This document shows, one piece after another, positions 38,982 through 50,608 of a stretch of DNA of 64,000 nucleotides. Positions within the stretch are counted from its first letter, which is position 1, and each line of letters opens with the position of its first letter. Under the pieces are notes generated by a model that ran no database searches, was not told where the DNA came from, and was given only the letters and a program-made list of their open reading frames with translations. The DNA lies in NCBI GenBank assembly GCA_963703315.1, contig OY969811.1, positions 4,384,001 to 4,448,000 on the forward strand. The letters are read 5' to 3'. This DNA is from an uncultured cyanobacterium (GTDB taxonomy: Bacteria; Cyanobacteriota; Cyanobacteriia; Pseudanabaenales; Pseudanabaenaceae). Position numbers and translations under genes: made by a program.

Positions 38982-40241
38982 ATGACCTCCTCTACTGCAT
39001 CTCAAGCGAACTTCAAAAATTATGTGCTTGTTACCCTCACCTATTGGGGATTCACGATTACCGACGGTGCTTTGCGACTATTGGTACTGCTCTATTTCAA
39101 TAACATTGGCTATACACCAATTCAAATAGCTTCTCTGTTCCTATTCTATGAAGTCTTTGGAGTTTTCACTAACTTCTTAGGTGGATGGATTGGTTCACAA
39201 TTAGGGCTGAAGGTGACACTCTATACAGGGATAAGCTTACAGGTATTCTCGTTGGTAATGCTATCCTTTCTCAATCTAGAATGGGCGCAATGGTTAGCAG
39301 TTCTCTATGTGATGATCGCTCAAGCTTTTTCAGGCATTGCTAAAGACTTAACGAAGATGAGTACGAAAAGCGCAATTCGCTTAGTTGTGCCGCAAGATGC
39401 TCAATCGGCTCTGTTTAAATGGGTTGCCATTCTCACAGGTTCTAAGAATGCTCTCAAAGGCGTGGGCTTTTTTATTGGCAGTGCTTTACTAGGATTATTT
39501 GGCTTTGTCAATTCTCTATGGATTATGGCGGGAGGACTTTTTCTACTCTTATTTACAGGCTTATTTCTGCCCAAAGGCATGGGTAAAATCAAAGCAAAAG
39601 TCAAGTTCAAACAACTCTTTTCTAAAAGCCCTGAAATCAATCTTCTATCTGCTGCCAGATTCTTTCTATTCGGCTCCAGAGATGTTTGGTTTGTGGTGGG
39701 ATTGCCTGTATTTTTGCGAAGTGTTTTAGGCTGGTCGTTTTATCAAGTTGGTGGATTCCTCGCCTGTTGGGTAATTGGCTATGGTCTGATTCAATCCCTT
39801 GCACCGACATTAATTAAGCGCTTTGGTAATGGTCAGCCGCCGCGATCGCACACTGTGCGATTTTGGACAACTTCCCTCATTGCCGTCCCTGCATTAATTG
39901 CGATCGCTTTACAATTAAATCTCCCAGCAAACCTAGTAATCATCGTCGGCTTACTGATTTTTGGTGTCGTCTTTGCCTTCAATTCATCGGTGCATTCCTA
40001 TCTAGTTCTCGCCTTCACTGACGATGACAAAGTAGCTCTAAATGTTGGCTTCTATTACATGGCAAATTCGGGCGGACGTTTAGCAGGAACAGTTCTTTCT
40101 GGTTTGATTTATGAATTTTATGGCTTAGTTGGGTGTCTATGGGTATCAGCAATCATGGTTTTAGCGGCTGCCTTAGTTACTCGCAAGTTGCCCGATCCAG
40201 AGACGAGTAAGGCGATCGCATGGAAATCCGATAGAGAATAG
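38982..40241 (+). CDS. arsJ: Organoarsenical efflux MFS transporter ArsJ
   Basis: YWGFTITDGALR, SGIAKDLTKMS, LTGSKNALKG, RDVWFVVGLP, VGFYYMAN. Confidence 0.92.
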   Translation: MTSSTASQANFKNYVLVTLTYWGFTITDGALRLLVLLYFNNIGYTPIQIASLFLFYEVFGVFTNFLGGWIGSQLGLKVTLYTGISLQVFSLVMLSFLNLEWAQWLAVLYVMIAQAFSGIAKDLTKMSTKSAIRLVVPQDAQSALFKWVAILTGSKNALKGVGFFIGSALLGLFGFVNSLWIMAGGLFLLLFTGLFLPKGMGKIKAKVKFKQLFSKSPEINLLSAARFFLFGSRDVWFVVGLPVFLRSVLGWSFYQVGGFLACWVIGYGLIQSLAPTLIKRFGNGQPPRSHTVRFWTTSLIAVPALIAIALQLNLPANLVIIVGLLIFGVVFAFNSSVHSYLVLAFTDDDKVALNVGFYYMANSGGRLAGTVLSGLIYEFYGLVGCLWVSAIMVLAAALVTRKLPDPETSKAIAWKSDRE

Positions 40242-40395
40242 TTCGGTAGTAGACTCTTTAATCTAAAATAGTGCAATAGTCGATTATGTGGCAACAACAT
40301 TTGTTACGAAAAGAAGCAAAATAAAATAACATTGGGAAATGCTTTAACTTTGTCAAAACATTCAACTCTGCGGGAGAAATTATAGGAGCTATATT

Positions 40396-42168
40396 GTGCT
40401 GAAGTTTTCTACCTTTAAATCAGGCTTCCAAGAATTGGTAAATGAACTAAGGGGATTCGCAATCTCTATAACTGGATGGTTAAAAAAAGTTTTGCTATCA
40501 TGCAAATGGCTATTATTATCGATTATAGTCTTTTTGCTTTGTATATCACCAAGCTTCAGTCAGGATAGTTTCACCATAGATATAGACAGTGTGTCTCGTG
40601 GAACAACAATCACAGTTTCCATCAGTAGTTCTTTCATCACAGAAAAAAATACTGTGCCTAGACTTACCCTGATTGGTGAGAACGGTGAAGAGAAAATTAA
40701 GTTAAGTCAGTCAGACTCACTAAAGAAATCTTTGGAATTTACTATTCCTCAAAATTTAGCATTGGGTGAATATAACGCTAAAATCGACATTCTTCCTGAT
40801 GGACAGCCCAACGCTAAACCACTGAAATCCATCTCCGTTATTAATTCAAAGTCTCCAAACAAAAAACTTAGAATAAATAGCGAAGTGGGAGAATTATCCC
40901 CTAAGATCGAGTCCGTATTTCCCCGCATTATTTTTCCAAATAATAATGGCACTTATTCTTTTAAAGTGTATGGGAGTGGGTTCAGTACAACAGGAATAGA
41001 TAACAGTCTAATAATTTCAATAAAGAATCAAGACAATAGTTTCAGCCAAGTTTCCGAAATAAAAAATACCTGCTTGCCTGACAATACGCAATGTAAAAAG
41101 CTTCATCAAGACAAAATCATAGCTATAGGTACTCGGCAACTTAATTTAGTGAATATTCAACATTATTATGCGGGAGAAATTGGTATTCAAATAAAAGTTG
41201 GAGAGAAGGTTTCGGAGCCACCATACACCATCACTCTGTCTAGGGTTGGCTACTGGACACCTATAATTTGGGCTATCGTTATTTTAATAGTTTTATTAGC
41301 GATTATCTTAACTATGCTTAGGGTGGGAAATGGCAAGACAAAACTACTCAAGTCATTTTTCATTGATAGCGATACTAAGACCTATAGTCTATCACAGCTC
41401 CAATTTTATCTTTGGACATTAGTTGCTATTTTGAGCTATCTATACCTGTTCCTTGCCAGAAGTTTGGCTCAGGGCAAACCCGAATTTATTGATATACCTG
41501 ATGGATTACCCAGCATTATGCTGCTTAGTGCTTCAACAACTACTTTTGCAGTAGGCATAAGTAATACTACAGGGAATAAGGGTTCTGGTCACATCAATCC
41601 TCGATTTTCAGATTTCATTACTTCAGGAGGAAATGTCGTCCCCGAACGATTACAGTTCTTTGTATGGACAATTATTGGTGTCATTGTTTATCTATGTATC
41701 GTAATACTTCAAAATGCTGGACAAATTCAGAGTTTGCCTACAGTTCCCCAAGGTTTTTTGCAATTATCAGGGATCAGCTCCTTGGGATATTTGGGTGGTA
41801 AGCTTGCTCGTAAACCTGGACCTGCAATCTCCAGCATTTCTAAGGCTATTTATGATCAAGACAAGCTCAGATTGTTAATTAGCGGCAGTAATCTTTCTAA
41901 GGATGCTAACTTTAATATTGAGATAGATAAGACAGATACGGAAGATGGTAAATCAAAAAGTACAATTAACTTACCTCGCGAAGGTGATTTTGAGGCTAAC
42001 ATCATAGAAGCAGAAGTGAATGATTCAAGTCTAGCAAAGATCCTAGAGATTAAAATCCCTAATGCTGAAACAAACGGTTATTTTAACAATAAAGACAACT
42101 ATCAATTAACTATTTATAATCCTGACGGGCAGTTTGCGGTCTGGAAGTTTGATAAGCCCTCACTATAG
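40396..42168 (+). CDS. Hypothetical membrane protein with Ig/IPT-like domains and a 4-5 TM core
   Basis: SLSQLQFYLWT ... ERLQFFVWT ... LSGISSLGYLGGK membrane motif; AT-rich. Confidence 0.65.
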   Translation: MLKFSTFKSGFQELVNELRGFAISITGWLKKVLLSCKWLLLSIIVFLLCISPSFSQDSFTIDIDSVSRGTTITVSISSSFITEKNTVPRLTLIGENGEEKIKLSQSDSLKKSLEFTIPQNLALGEYNAKIDILPDGQPNAKPLKSISVINSKSPNKKLRINSEVGELSPKIESVFPRIIFPNNNGTYSFKVYGSGFSTTGIDNSLIISIKNQDNSFSQVSEIKNTCLPDNTQCKKLHQDKIIAIGTRQLNLVNIQHYYAGEIGIQIKVGEKVSEPPYTITLSRVGYWTPIIWAIVILIVLLAIILTMLRVGNGKTKLLKSFFIDSDTKTYSLSQLQFYLWTLVAILSYLYLFLARSLAQGKPEFIDIPDGLPSIMLLSASTTTFAVGISNTTGNKGSGHINPRFSDFITSGGNVVPERLQFFVWTIIGVIVYLCIVILQNAGQIQSLPTVPQGFLQLSGISSLGYLGGKLARKPGPAISSISKAIYDQDKLRLLISGSNLSKDANFNIEIDKTDTEDGKSKSTINLPREGDFEANIIEAEVNDSSLAKILEIKIPNAETNGYFNNKDNYQLTIYNPDGQFAVWKFDKPSL

Positions 42169-42275
42169 CTATACTTAAGTAAGTGAAGCTTCCTGTACTT
42201 AGTTTCAAAACGAGTACACACTCATTTAAGAACTGGTATAGTTTGGTAGATTTTTGGTGATTTAAGGTTATTAAG

Positions 42276-45050
42276 TCATGTTTTCGTAAGTTCTGCTTGA
42301 TTAGAATCTGGAATGAAAACAGCTTTTAAGATTCCTTCCTCTGGATCGGGTTGCAATTGAAATCCTAATTTCCGACAGATAATTTGCATATTATGGTTGC
42401 TATGGAGAATATAACCAACGATCGCATCGAGTTTTTCCTCCTTACCAACTGCGAGAAGTTGCCGTAGTAACTCCGTACCAAGTCCTTGATGTTGATAGCG
42501 ATCGCTGACAATTAGTGCAAATTCTGCCTCATTTGTGCCATGTAACTTACTCAGTCTGGCGACGGCAATAATCTCATGGTCGGCGGTGTCAGGATCTTTA
42601 TAGTCAGCAGCGAGGACAATTTCGCGATCGTAATCAATGAAACAAATACGGGTTAAGCGTTCATGGGCAATGCGCTGCTTTAGTTTGACCATGTGGGCAT
42701 AACGCAAATAGACACTCTCTTCGGAGAGATCTTGATGGAATTTCACCATCAGAGGCTCATCTTCAGGACGAATCGGGCGAATCGTGAGGCGATCGCCTTT
42801 CCGTGATTGCCATTCCCGTACATACTTAGTGGGATAAGGACGAATTGCAGGGATCAGACGCTGGGCAATATCGACGGTGGTATGCAGCAAGACTCGCGCA
42901 TCTAGCGCAATCATTCCATCAGGGGAAACCATCAGAGGATTGATATCAATTTCCCGAATCTGAGGCTGTTCGACAACCAACTGACTGAAGTTAACCAATA
43001 ACTGCTCCAGTTTGGCAAGATCGATCGCCTTTCTACCTCTAACTCCTTGCAAGGCCTTATAGATTTTGGTCTGCTCCATCAACCGCTTCGCCAGCGTCGT
43101 ATTTAAGGGTGGTAAAGCCAAAGCTCGATCCTGAAAGATCTCCACTAGTTGTCCACCCATCCCAAATAACATCACTTCACCAAATTGGGGATCGAGACTG
43201 CTACCCAAGATCAATTCATAGCCTTCCATTTTCACCATCGGCTGCACAGTTACACCCAAAAAGGCAGTTGGGTCGATGCTCCGTACTTTAGCCGCAATCA
43301 CCGCAAAGGCACGACTGACGGCTCCTGCATCACCAAGATTGAGACGCACACCGCCCACATCGGTTTTATGGGTAATTGTTTCTGAATGGAGTTTGAGAAC
43401 CACAGGATAACCAAAGCGATCGGCAATTTCCACCGCTTCGAGATCACTAGTCGCAATTTCTGTCGGTACGGTGGGAATCCCATAGGCAGCCAGTAATTTC
43501 TTTGATTCATATTCTGTTAATAGACTGCGATCGCTATTAATTGCTGGTGCTAAGATTTTCTCGGCAAGCAGGCGATCGGGTGCGTGTTGATCAGAGTCCG
43601 CAGGTAAGGAAGGTGTTTCATAGATGCCGCGCAAGTTGTAGGTATACCGCCACATATAGTTAAACAAGCGTACAGCCGTATCGGGATAGGGAAAGGTGGG
43701 AATATTGGCTTGATTGAGAATTTGTGTCCCTGCGGCAATTTCGGCTCCCCCCATCCAACTGGATAGAATTGGCTTGCCTAATTGACTATAAGCCTTGAGT
43801 TGCTCCGCCGTTTGCGTCGGATTTGTCATTGCTTGAGGAGTCAAGATCACGAGCAATCCATCACTATTGGGATCGTTGGCAACTACTTCTAAGGTCTGGG
43901 CATAGCGATCGCTACTCGCGTCCCCTAGAATATCAATGGGATTGTGATGGCTCCACTGAGCAGGTAAAAATTGATTGAGTTGCTGAATCGTTTCGGGTGC
44001 GAGTTCAGAGAGTTCACCACCACCGCTAATCAGCGCATCCGTAGCGATCGCCCCAGGTCCTCCCGCATTAGTGACAATCGAAAGGCGATTACCTTTAGGT
44101 CTAGGCTGTTTAGCCAGAATTTCCGCCATATCAAACAGGTCAGAAATCGTATGTACGCGCAACACCCCGCACCGACGGAAAGCCGCATTTAAGACTTCAT
44201 CACTACCCGTCAAAGCCCCTGTATGCGAAGCCGCCGCCTTTGCTGCCGCCTCCGTATGTCCCACCTTCAGCACAATAATGGGCTTATCCATCGCCACTTC
44301 CCGCGCCGCCGAGAGAAAGGCATGGGCATCACCAATAGATTCCATATACAACACAATACTGTGAGTATGGGGATCATCACCGAGGTATTCAATCAAATCT
44401 CCCCAGCCCACATCCAACATCGAACCGATGGAAACGAAAGCACTAAATCCAACATTCTCGCCAATACTCCAGTCTAAGATCGAAGTACAGAGCGCCCCAC
44501 TTTGGCTCACAAAGGCAACATTACCCGCACGGGCGCTTGTACCTGCAAAAGTCGCATTCAAACCCGCCAAAGGATTCATTAAACCTAAACAATTCGGACC
44601 AACAATTCGCATTCCCCCTTTACGCGCTTCTGTCAAAATCTCTTGTTCTAAAGCGGCTCCTTTTTCCCCTATTTCTTTAAATCCTGCTGAGATAATAATT
44701 GCCCCCTTGACTCCCACCGCCACACATTCACGGATTACCTGTGGTACGGTCACCGCAGGAGTAGCAATGATCACCAAATCCACTACTTCAGGAACACTAG
44801 CAATATCAGGATAGGACTTGATCCCTAATATGCTACGACGTTGAGGATTGACAGGAAAAACCGTGCCACCAAAGGGACTGCGGATCAAGTTCCATAGTAA
44901 TGTTCTGCCGACACTTCCTTCTCTTTCACTTGCCCCAATTACCGCAACAGAACGAGGATGAAAAATACAATCAAGAGGATGACGTTTGCCTTTCCAAACA
45001 TCATGAGCAGGATCGCATACAGAATTTTGATTTTTTAAGTACTTATCCAT
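42276..45050 (-). CDS. Bifunctional acyl-CoA ligase-like / GNAT protein acetyltransferase (Pat/YfiQ-like)
   Basis: [32 protein letters not shown]-grasp, C-terminal [12 protein letters not shown]...QHQGLG; start at 45050 or 45077. Confidence 0.9.
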   Translation of the reverse strand: MDKYLKNQNSVCDPAHDVWKGKRHPLDCIFHPRSVAVIGASEREGSVGRTLLWNLIRSPFGGTVFPVNPQRRSILGIKSYPDIASVPEVVDLVIIATPAVTVPQVIRECVAVGVKGAIIISAGFKEIGEKGAALEQEILTEARKGGMRIVGPNCLGLMNPLAGLNATFAGTSARAGNVAFVSQSGALCTSILDWSIGENVGFSAFVSIGSMLDVGWGDLIEYLGDDPHTHSIVLYMESIGDAHAFLSAAREVAMDKPIIVLKVGHTEAAAKAAASHTGALTGSDEVLNAAFRRCGVLRVHTISDLFDMAEILAKQPRPKGNRLSIVTNAGGPGAIATDALISGGGELSELAPETIQQLNQFLPAQWSHHNPIDILGDASSDRYAQTLEVVANDPNSDGLLVILTPQAMTNPTQTAEQLKAYSQLGKPILSSWMGGAEIAAGTQILNQANIPTFPYPDTAVRLFNYMWRYTYNLRGIYETPSLPADSDQHAPDRLLAEKILAPAINSDRSLLTEYESKKLLAAYGIPTVPTEIATSDLEAVEIADRFGYPVVLKLHSETITHKTDVGGVRLNLGDAGAVSRAFAVIAAKVRSIDPTAFLGVTVQPMVKMEGYELILGSSLDPQFGEVMLFGMGGQLVEIFQDRALALPPLNTTLAKRLMEQTKIYKALQGVRGRKAIDLAKLEQLLVNFSQLVVEQPQIREIDINPLMVSPDGMIALDARVLLHTTVDIAQRLIPAIRPYPTKYVREWQSRKGDRLTIRPIRPEDEPLMVKFHQDLSEESVYLRYAHMVKLKQRIAHERLTRICFIDYDREIVLAADYKDPDTADHEIIAVARLSKLHGTNEAEFALIVSDRYQHQGLGTELLRQLLAVGKEEKLDAIVGYILHSNHNMQIICRKLGFQLQPDPEEGILKAVFIPDSNQAELTKT

Positions 45051-45227
45051 ATCATTCTCCGATTCAGGAACTTCCACAGATACTCACACTGTCCATCTAA
45101 ACCATGCATCTAATGGTTAGTTCCTTGAGATTAACGGCACAGAATATTTTTATTCTGTAATATTTAAGATTTTACCATTGCGTTCTAGATACTTTAACAA
45201 ACAGACAAAGAGCTTAACAATTGCCAA

Positions 45228-45309
45228 TATAGCGTTTCAGAGTCTATTGTTTCCCCGCCGAAGGCGGAGAAACAATAGACTCTGAAACGCTTGCTTAAAA
45301 AGCGCTATA
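45228..45309. mobile_element. MITE, TATAGCGCTTTTCA family (rearranged copy)
   Basis: Shares the core TTGTTTCCCCGCCGAAGGCGG.GAAACAA and the AAAAGCGCTATA end with 46658-46752. Confidence 0.65.
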
Positions 45310-45368
45310 GCTGATTTATATATTTTAGAGTGGCGGCGCAAAACGCCGCCACTCTAAAATATATAGCT

Positions 45369-45917
45369 TTATTTAGCTCGATATTTCACTAATAAAGTAT
45401 CTAACTTTCTCTTCAATTCTTCTGTTTTAGCAAAAATATGATTTTCAAACTCTACAGACCATTTGACCTGATCAAGCTGGCTCAAATGCTCAGGAAGGTA
45501 ATGCTGCTCTGATCTTGTGCAGTACATTCCCCATATCGTCGCAGATGTCATAAAGTTAATAAACGCAGGAGGAAATTCTGCTCCATCCATCAAATGTGCT
45601 TTGGTTTTGAGAATATGCGTAATTTCGTCATTTTGTTGTTTAAACAAAGCAATGATATCGCGATCTACTTCTTTTAAAGTTCCATTCATCCACAGTGGAT
45701 AAATCTCTGAACTTAATTTTAAAGATGCATAAATAGGACCATAGAACTCTTCTACTTGCTGTTTTCTAAAATCAAGATCTGCTTGAGCTAAAAGCATTTC
45801 TTTTTGGAGAGCTTTTTGCAGTCCTGTCTCAATAATTTTTTCAGCAGAGAATTTGAGAAATGTACCTGCCCCTAGAGCGCCAGCTAGAAAAAATCCTAAT
45901 AGTTGCGCGATTTCCAT
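45369..45917 (-). CDS. Hypothetical protein with an N-terminal TM anchor
   Basis: 182-aa ORF; hydrophobic N-terminus; EEFYGPIY motif. Confidence 0.6.
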   Translation of the reverse strand: MEIAQLLGFFLAGALGAGTFLKFSAEKIIETGLQKALQKEMLLAQADLDFRKQQVEEFYGPIYASLKLSSEIYPLWMNGTLKEVDRDIIALFKQQNDEITHILKTKAHLMDGAEFPPAFINFMTSATIWGMYCTRSEQHYLPEHLSQLDQVKWSVEFENHIFAKTEELKRKLDTLLVKYRAK

Positions 45918-45938
45918 CTAGAATCTCTTATCTTTACT

Positions 45939-46304
45939 TCAGAGTACTTGAAACTTGGGATTATTTTTGAGAGAAGTGGCATCAAAACTATACGCCCAAT
46001 TTAAAAACTTGTCATCAATAATTTCACTCTGGGGTTCGATCAGCAGAGCTAAATAATTTCCTTGCTGCTTGATCACCACAGCAGTATATTCTTTGCCATG
46101 AATTACGGCATAGGTAAAATTTTCTACGGGTAACGAAGCTGCTAATAATGACTTTAAACCCAGCGCTTGGAAAATTGGTTGTACCCAAATGATGCTTTTA
46201 CTCCCATCAACAAGGGTGTAATACTCCTTAGGAAGACCGCTTAAATCAAAGGTTGCGGCTCCAAGGGTGTAGGCTTCAAATGGTTTGTTTTCTAAGGCTG
46301 TCAT
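45939..46304 (-). CDS. Conserved cyanobacterial hypothetical protein (possibly roadblock/profilin-like fold)
   Basis: GAATFDLSGLPKEYY...WVQ.IFQALGL pattern. Confidence 0.55.
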   Translation of the reverse strand: MTALENKPFEAYTLGAATFDLSGLPKEYYTLVDGSKSIIWVQPIFQALGLKSLLAASLPVENFTYAVIHGKEYTAVVIKQQGNYLALLIEPQSEIIDDKFLNWAYSFDATSLKNNPKFQVL

Positions 46305-46657
46305 ATTTATGATGGCAATTAATCGACTCGTTTCATTGAGTTAATGAAGACTGAGTGTTTAAAAATTAGTTTTTTAATCAGTTATTTTGGCGATCGCGAC
46401 GTAAGCTTGCATTTCTCCCTTAACCTTAATCATTATCGTGCGGCGATCGGCAAAACGATATTTATTTTGCAAGATTATATAACTTGATTACAGGCTGTCA
46501 TGCCGTCCCCCCACTTCATCGGTTTGCAATGTCATCATTGGGTGAAATTGTAAACTCCTTTGTTTTTGACGAATCAAATCTGCGACAAGTTTCAAATTTT
46601 TAAGCAACTTTATTCAATCGTAGCCATGTAATCATAGCAACCGTCATAGTGCTTAGA

Positions 46658-46752
46658 TATAGCGCTTTTCAAGCAAGCGAGTTATATAGGATTGTTTCCC
46701 CGCCGAAGGCGGGGAAACAATCCCGTACTTCACTAGACTGAAAAGCGCTATA
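46658..46752. mobile_element. MITE with TAGCGCTTTTCA TIRs and a TA target duplication
   Basis: TA|TAGCGCTTTTCA ... TGAAAAGCGCTA|TA; an empty-site copy sits right next to it. Confidence 0.8.
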
Positions 46753-46798
46753 AACAAGTGCTTAGATAAACAAAAGGGGCGCAACGCCCCCCTTTTGT

Positions 46799-48157
46799 TT
46801 ATCTTAATGCTGAGTTTTTGGACTTTTCGATTTCGCGATCTTTTTTGCCGCGCCAGATAAATCGCAGAGGTGTACCTTCAAAACCTAAGGACTTACGAAA
46901 TTGATTTTCGATATAACGCTTATAGTTGTCGTTAAAACGATGAGGATCGTTGACAAAAAGAATCACTGTAGGAGGGCTGTCGGAAATTTGGGTGCAGTAA
47001 TAGACTTTACCTTGCTTACCACCACGACTGGTGGGAGGTGCGTGCCATGTGATTGCCTCAGTCAGTGCTTCATTTAAGATGGCAGTGGGGACTCGGCGTT
47101 TGTGCTGCTCAGCAGCGATATCTACGCGATCGAGGATTTGGGTCACGCGCTGACCTGTGAGCGCACTGACAAAGATAATCGGCGCATAATCTACAAACAT
47201 GAGGCGATTTTTGACTTCCGCCGTGTAGTCATAAATGGTGTAGGAATCTTTTTCGATCGCATCCCATTTATTGACCACAATTACGCAAGCTTTGCCTTCG
47301 TCGTTAATTCTGCCAGCCAGCTTTTGATCTTGATCGGTAACACCATCAAGGGCATCAATTACCAATAAAACCACATCAGAACGCCCGATCGCTTTAAAGG
47401 CACGGTTAATACTAAAAAATTCGATGCCGTAATCAATGTTCTTTTTGCGGCGTACACCTGCGGTATCAATTAGGCGATATTTTTTACCATCGCGCTCAAC
47501 GGACATATCGATCGCATCGCGGGTTGTGCCAGAGATGGGGCTGACAATACTGCGATTTTCGCCGATGAAGGAATTTAAGAGGCTGGATTTGCCAACGTTC
47601 GGACGACCAATAATCGCCACTTTAATTTCATCACTTTCTTTGATGACTTCTTCAGGGGGTGGTAAATGCTTGACTAATTCATCGAGTAATTCGCCCGTAC
47701 CGTTACCATGAATGCCTGACATGGGAATCGGTTCGCCTAAACCCAGATTCCAAAATTCGGCGGCTAAGGACAGTCCATATTTAGAGCCTTCGCACTTGTT
47801 AACTGCTAATAGTACAGGGATATTTTGTCGCCGTAACCAGCCCCCCAGTTGCTCATCAGCATCGGTAATGCCTGCCATGCCATCAACTACAAAAATTACC
47901 GCCGCAGACTCACGAATGGCGATCTCCGCCTGTTCACGAATCATCGGTAAAAATTCAGTCTCATCATCAAATACTAAGCCGCCCGTATCTACGACTTGAA
48001 ATTCATGCGCTCCCCAAAAACATTCGCGGTAAACGCGATCGCGGGTTACACCTGGTTGATCGTAGACGATCGCATATTGCTCACCCGACAAGCGGTTTAC
48101 GAGCGTAGATTTGCCCACATTGGGGCGACCGACAACGGCAACAATCGGTAGGGGCAT
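46799..48157 (-). CDS. der: Ribosome biogenesis GTPase Der
   Basis: Two GRPNVGKS G-domains, DTGG/DTAG, NKCE/NKWD, KH-like C-terminus. Confidence 0.97.
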   Translation of the reverse strand: MPLPIVAVVGRPNVGKSTLVNRLSGEQYAIVYDQPGVTRDRVYRECFWGAHEFQVVDTGGLVFDDETEFLPMIREQAEIAIRESAAVIFVVDGMAGITDADEQLGGWLRRQNIPVLLAVNKCEGSKYGLSLAAEFWNLGLGEPIPMSGIHGNGTGELLDELVKHLPPPEEVIKESDEIKVAIIGRPNVGKSSLLNSFIGENRSIVSPISGTTRDAIDMSVERDGKKYRLIDTAGVRRKKNIDYGIEFFSINRAFKAIGRSDVVLLVIDALDGVTDQDQKLAGRINDEGKACVIVVNKWDAIEKDSYTIYDYTAEVKNRLMFVDYAPIIFVSALTGQRVTQILDRVDIAAEQHKRRVPTAILNEALTEAITWHAPPTSRGGKQGKVYYCTQISDSPPTVILFVNDPHRFNDNYKRYIENQFRKSLGFEGTPLRFIWRGKKDREIEKSKNSALR

Positions 48158-48250
48158 GGCTTTACAGTTTTGGAATTCCGAACTCATTAATATAGCTTTA
48201 AATTAATGCGATCGTCAATACCCTAATAAGATTTAGGGCGTGGCACTTTG

Positions 48251-48365
48251 TATAGCTGTCGCCAAGTGTATCAGGACATAAAACCCAAAAGAGAGTTGCG
48301 GCGCTTCGCGCCGCAACTCTCTTTTGGGTTTTGATTTTGTCCTAACATGACTGGCGGCAGCTATA
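48251..48365. mobile_element. MITE, TATAGCTGYCGCCA family (most intact copy)
   Basis: TATAGCTGTCGCCA ... TGGCGGCAGCTATA with a long internal hairpin around GCGGCGCTTCGCGCCGC. Confidence 0.75.
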
Positions 48366-48419
48366 CAAATCCTTAACCTTACTCAGGTAAGCTAAGCGTG
48401 TAGAAAATTGTGTACCAAA

Positions 48420-49334
48420 ATGTCGTTTATCGTTTCCACGATCGCCTCATTAGCTTCAATCTTGGTCTTTCTCAATAGTCAACGCCTAGTCGATCACCGC
48501 CCCACTCAATTAATAATTAAGGCGATCGCAGGATTGATTGCCTTGATTACCACTGTCCATGCTCTGAGCCGTTTATTGGTGGTCATTCCTGCGGGAACTG
48601 TTGGGGTAGAAGATTTTCAGGGTAAAGTCAGCGAACGGACTCTCCCCGCAGGTGTCCATGTAATTAATCCATTTGCGGATGTGGTGCAATTTTCCACCAG
48701 ATTGCGCGATCTTAAAGAAGAAATTGCGGCAACCTCCAAAGAAGGATTAGCACTGGGGATTGATGTCAGTATTCAATATCGGGTTGATCCTGCAAAGGCA
48801 GCAAGTATTTATCAAAATATTGGCATCGAAGAGCGGGAAATTGTCGTTTCTCGATTTCGGGCGATTTCACGGGAAATTGTTTCTGGATACCATGCTGAAG
48901 ATGTCTATGCCGCTAAACGCGAAGAAATCAGCTTAAAACTTGCCGAGAAATTGCGATCGCAACTTGCACCCATTGGTTTTATCGTTGATGAAGCGCTCCT
49001 CCGCAATGTGAAAGTCCCTGAAACCCTGCAAGCAGCAATTCAGCAACGACTCAAGGCAGAACAAGAAAACCTGCAAATGAAATTTATCTTAGAAAAGGAA
49101 AAACAAGAAGCCGATCGCAAACGTATTGAGGCAAAAGGCAGTGCTGATGCTCAAAAGATTTTGGCGGAAGGGTTAACACCTGCGGTATTGCAATTACGAG
49201 CGATCGAGGCGACCGAAAAACTAGCCCAATCGCAAAACTCGAAATTGGTAATCTTGGGCAATAGTCAAAATACGCCCCTAATCTTGCCTGTTGATCGAGA
49301 GACGAGTAAAGCCATTGCGCCCACACAACCATAA
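48420..49334 (+). CDS. Prohibitin/SPFH domain protein
   Basis: VIPAGTVGV, SKEGL..IDVSIQYR, EALLRNV, coiled coil EKQEADRKRIEAKG. Confidence 0.9.
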   Translation: MSFIVSTIASLASILVFLNSQRLVDHRPTQLIIKAIAGLIALITTVHALSRLLVVIPAGTVGVEDFQGKVSERTLPAGVHVINPFADVVQFSTRLRDLKEEIAATSKEGLALGIDVSIQYRVDPAKAASIYQNIGIEEREIVVSRFRAISREIVSGYHAEDVYAAKREEISLKLAEKLRSQLAPIGFIVDEALLRNVKVPETLQAAIQQRLKAEQENLQMKFILEKEKQEADRKRIEAKGSADAQKILAEGLTPAVLQLRAIEATEKLAQSQNSKLVILGNSQNTPLILPVDRETSKAIAPTQP

Positions 49335-49492
49335 AAAGTAGAGTTGCGGCGCTTCGCGCCGCAACTCTACTTTTTATGGCTTTTTTGCAGATTACTGATA
49401 GGTGAGGTTACTCAAACTGTTAAAATTTTTTGAAGGTTTAAATACATTACTTTACGATTTTTAGTCATAAAGCTTAAATAGGATCGCAAATA

Positions 49493-50536
49493 GTGAGAAT
49501 TGCCGTAGATGCGATGGGTGGAGACTTTGCCCCACGCGAAGTGATTGAAGGAGCAATACTAGCTCAGACTCAGTTAGGTGTAGATATAGCGCTAGTTGGC
49601 GATCGCGATATTCTCGCGAACTACCTCAAGCAACATAACTATCAAGAAAGCGATCGCCTAGAGATCGTGCCATCAGAAGGCATCATCGAAATGGATGATG
49701 AACCCCTTGAAGGATTGCGCCGCAAGCCCAACTCCTCGATCGCCGTTGCTATGAATTTAGTTAAGCGCAAGCAAGCGGATGCTGTGATTTCCGCAGGACA
49801 TTCTGGTGCAGCGATGGCAGCCGCGCTCTTGCGACTAGGGCGCTTATCTGGTGTAGATCGTCCTGCGATCGGGGCATTATTTCCCACACAGGTTCCCCAT
49901 AAGCCTGTCTTATTGCTAGATGTTGGTGCAAATGTGGACTGTCGCCCGAAGTTCTTAGAGCAGTTTGCAATTATGGGATCGCTCTATAGCAAATATGCGA
50001 TCGGGATCCAAGAACCCAAAGTTGGCTTGCTCAACATCGGTGAAGAGGATTGTAAGGGCAACGAACTCGCAATTCGGGTGCATCAAATCCTCAAAGAAAA
50101 TCAGCAAATTTTGTTTGCTGGCAATGCCGAAGGTCGCGATATTCTCAAAGGTCAGTTTGATGTGATCGTCTGTGATGGTTTTGCAGGTAACATCGTATTG
50201 AAATTTGCAGAAGGCGTGGGTAGTGCCGTCATGCAAATTCTCAAAGAAGAATTGCCTAAGGGCTGGCGCGGCAAACTCGGTGCATTAATTTTGAAGCCTA
50301 ACCTCAAAAAAGTTAAAGAACGCATTGATGCCGATGAGTATGGCGGGGCGTTATTGCTTGGGGTTGCAGGTGTATGTGTGATTAGTCACGGTAGTTCCAA
50401 TGCCATCAGTATTCGCAATGCCATCCGTGTTGCCAAAGACGCTGTTGACAATGAAGTACTCGATCGCATCCGTAGTCAAATCAAGCCTAAAGTTGCTGTT
50501 CCTGCGGATGACACCCCTGACGATCCGCCGACTTGA
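49493..50536 (+). CDS. plsX: Phosphate acyltransferase
   Basis: IAVDAMGGDFAP, SAGHSGA, LDVGANVD, CDGFAGNIVLKFAEG, ISHGSS. Confidence 0.96.
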   Translation: MRIAVDAMGGDFAPREVIEGAILAQTQLGVDIALVGDRDILANYLKQHNYQESDRLEIVPSEGIIEMDDEPLEGLRRKPNSSIAVAMNLVKRKQADAVISAGHSGAAMAAALLRLGRLSGVDRPAIGALFPTQVPHKPVLLLDVGANVDCRPKFLEQFAIMGSLYSKYAIGIQEPKVGLLNIGEEDCKGNELAIRVHQILKENQQILFAGNAEGRDILKGQFDVIVCDGFAGNIVLKFAEGVGSAVMQILKEELPKGWRGKLGALILKPNLKKVKERIDADEYGGALLLGVAGVCVISHGSSNAISIRNAIRVAKDAVDNEVLDRIRSQIKPKVAVPADDTPDDPPT

Positions 50537-50608
50537 TCCTAGTTAGGTTTGCGCCGAAGGGTAAAACCTAACTTTCTTAGCCAGCCATTCTGAATGTAAA
50601 TATAGCCC

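Noticed and set aside
46487..46560. Minus-strand GCAAACC...GGGACG resembling a c-di-GMP-I riboswitch; also a 20-codon ORF (MMTLQTDEVG...)
   Set aside because: The P2 stem does not pair convincingly and the GCAAAG and P3 elements are missing; an Infernal/Rfam search is needed. The small ORF has no independent support.
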